This document shows, one piece after another, positions 60,594 to 64,000 of a stretch of DNA of 64,000 bases (its first letter is position 1; each line of letters begins with the position of its first letter). This stretch comes from Treponemataceae bacterium (GTDB lineage Bacteria; Spirochaetota; Spirochaetia; Treponematales; Rectinemataceae): positions 256,001-320,000 of the forward strand of contig CAXXGJ010000025.1 of assembly GCA_963677895.2 (NCBI GenBank), given 5' to 3'. Position numbers and translations under genes: made by a program. The notes beneath the pieces are model-generated. The model searched no databases. It was not told the DNA's origin and was given only the letters and a program-made list of their open reading frames with translations.

Positions 60594-64000
<3,407 letters not shown>

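Overview
GC-rich chromosomal segment of an anaerobic spirochaete (Treponema-like EF-Tu, RpoA and RpoC signatures; taxonomy is inference). Left 41.6 kb is metabolism and transport: nucleoside/sugar ABC transporter with an MTA/SAH-type deaminase, dual HD-GYP protein, nfnAB-TPR-M20 hydrolase operon, a split GlmU-like gene pair, PFOR (nifJ), MazG, MATE, MFS-HEAT fusion, CPA2-EIIA fusion, hutH, a 1151-aa PPi-dependent PEP carboxykinase, hutI, rarD and a liv ABC operon. Right 22.4 kb is one contiguous minus-strand rpoC-str-S10-spc-alpha cluster. Best leads: (1) a 56-aa basic Cys4 zinc-ribbon gene, absent from the ORF track, closing the alpha operon after rplQ (candidate unrecognised ribosomal or ribosome-associated protein); (2) a strongly diverged EF-G paralogue in the fus slot, cut off from rpsG by twin terminators that flank a structured element antisense to the rpsG 3' end; (3) recurrent TAnnnT-N6-ATG starts suggesting leaderless mRNAs; (4) an orphan sRNA candidate at about 17.4 kb. 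No tRNA, rRNA, CRISPR array or transposase was seen. All calls are from motif recognition by eye; no database searches were run.
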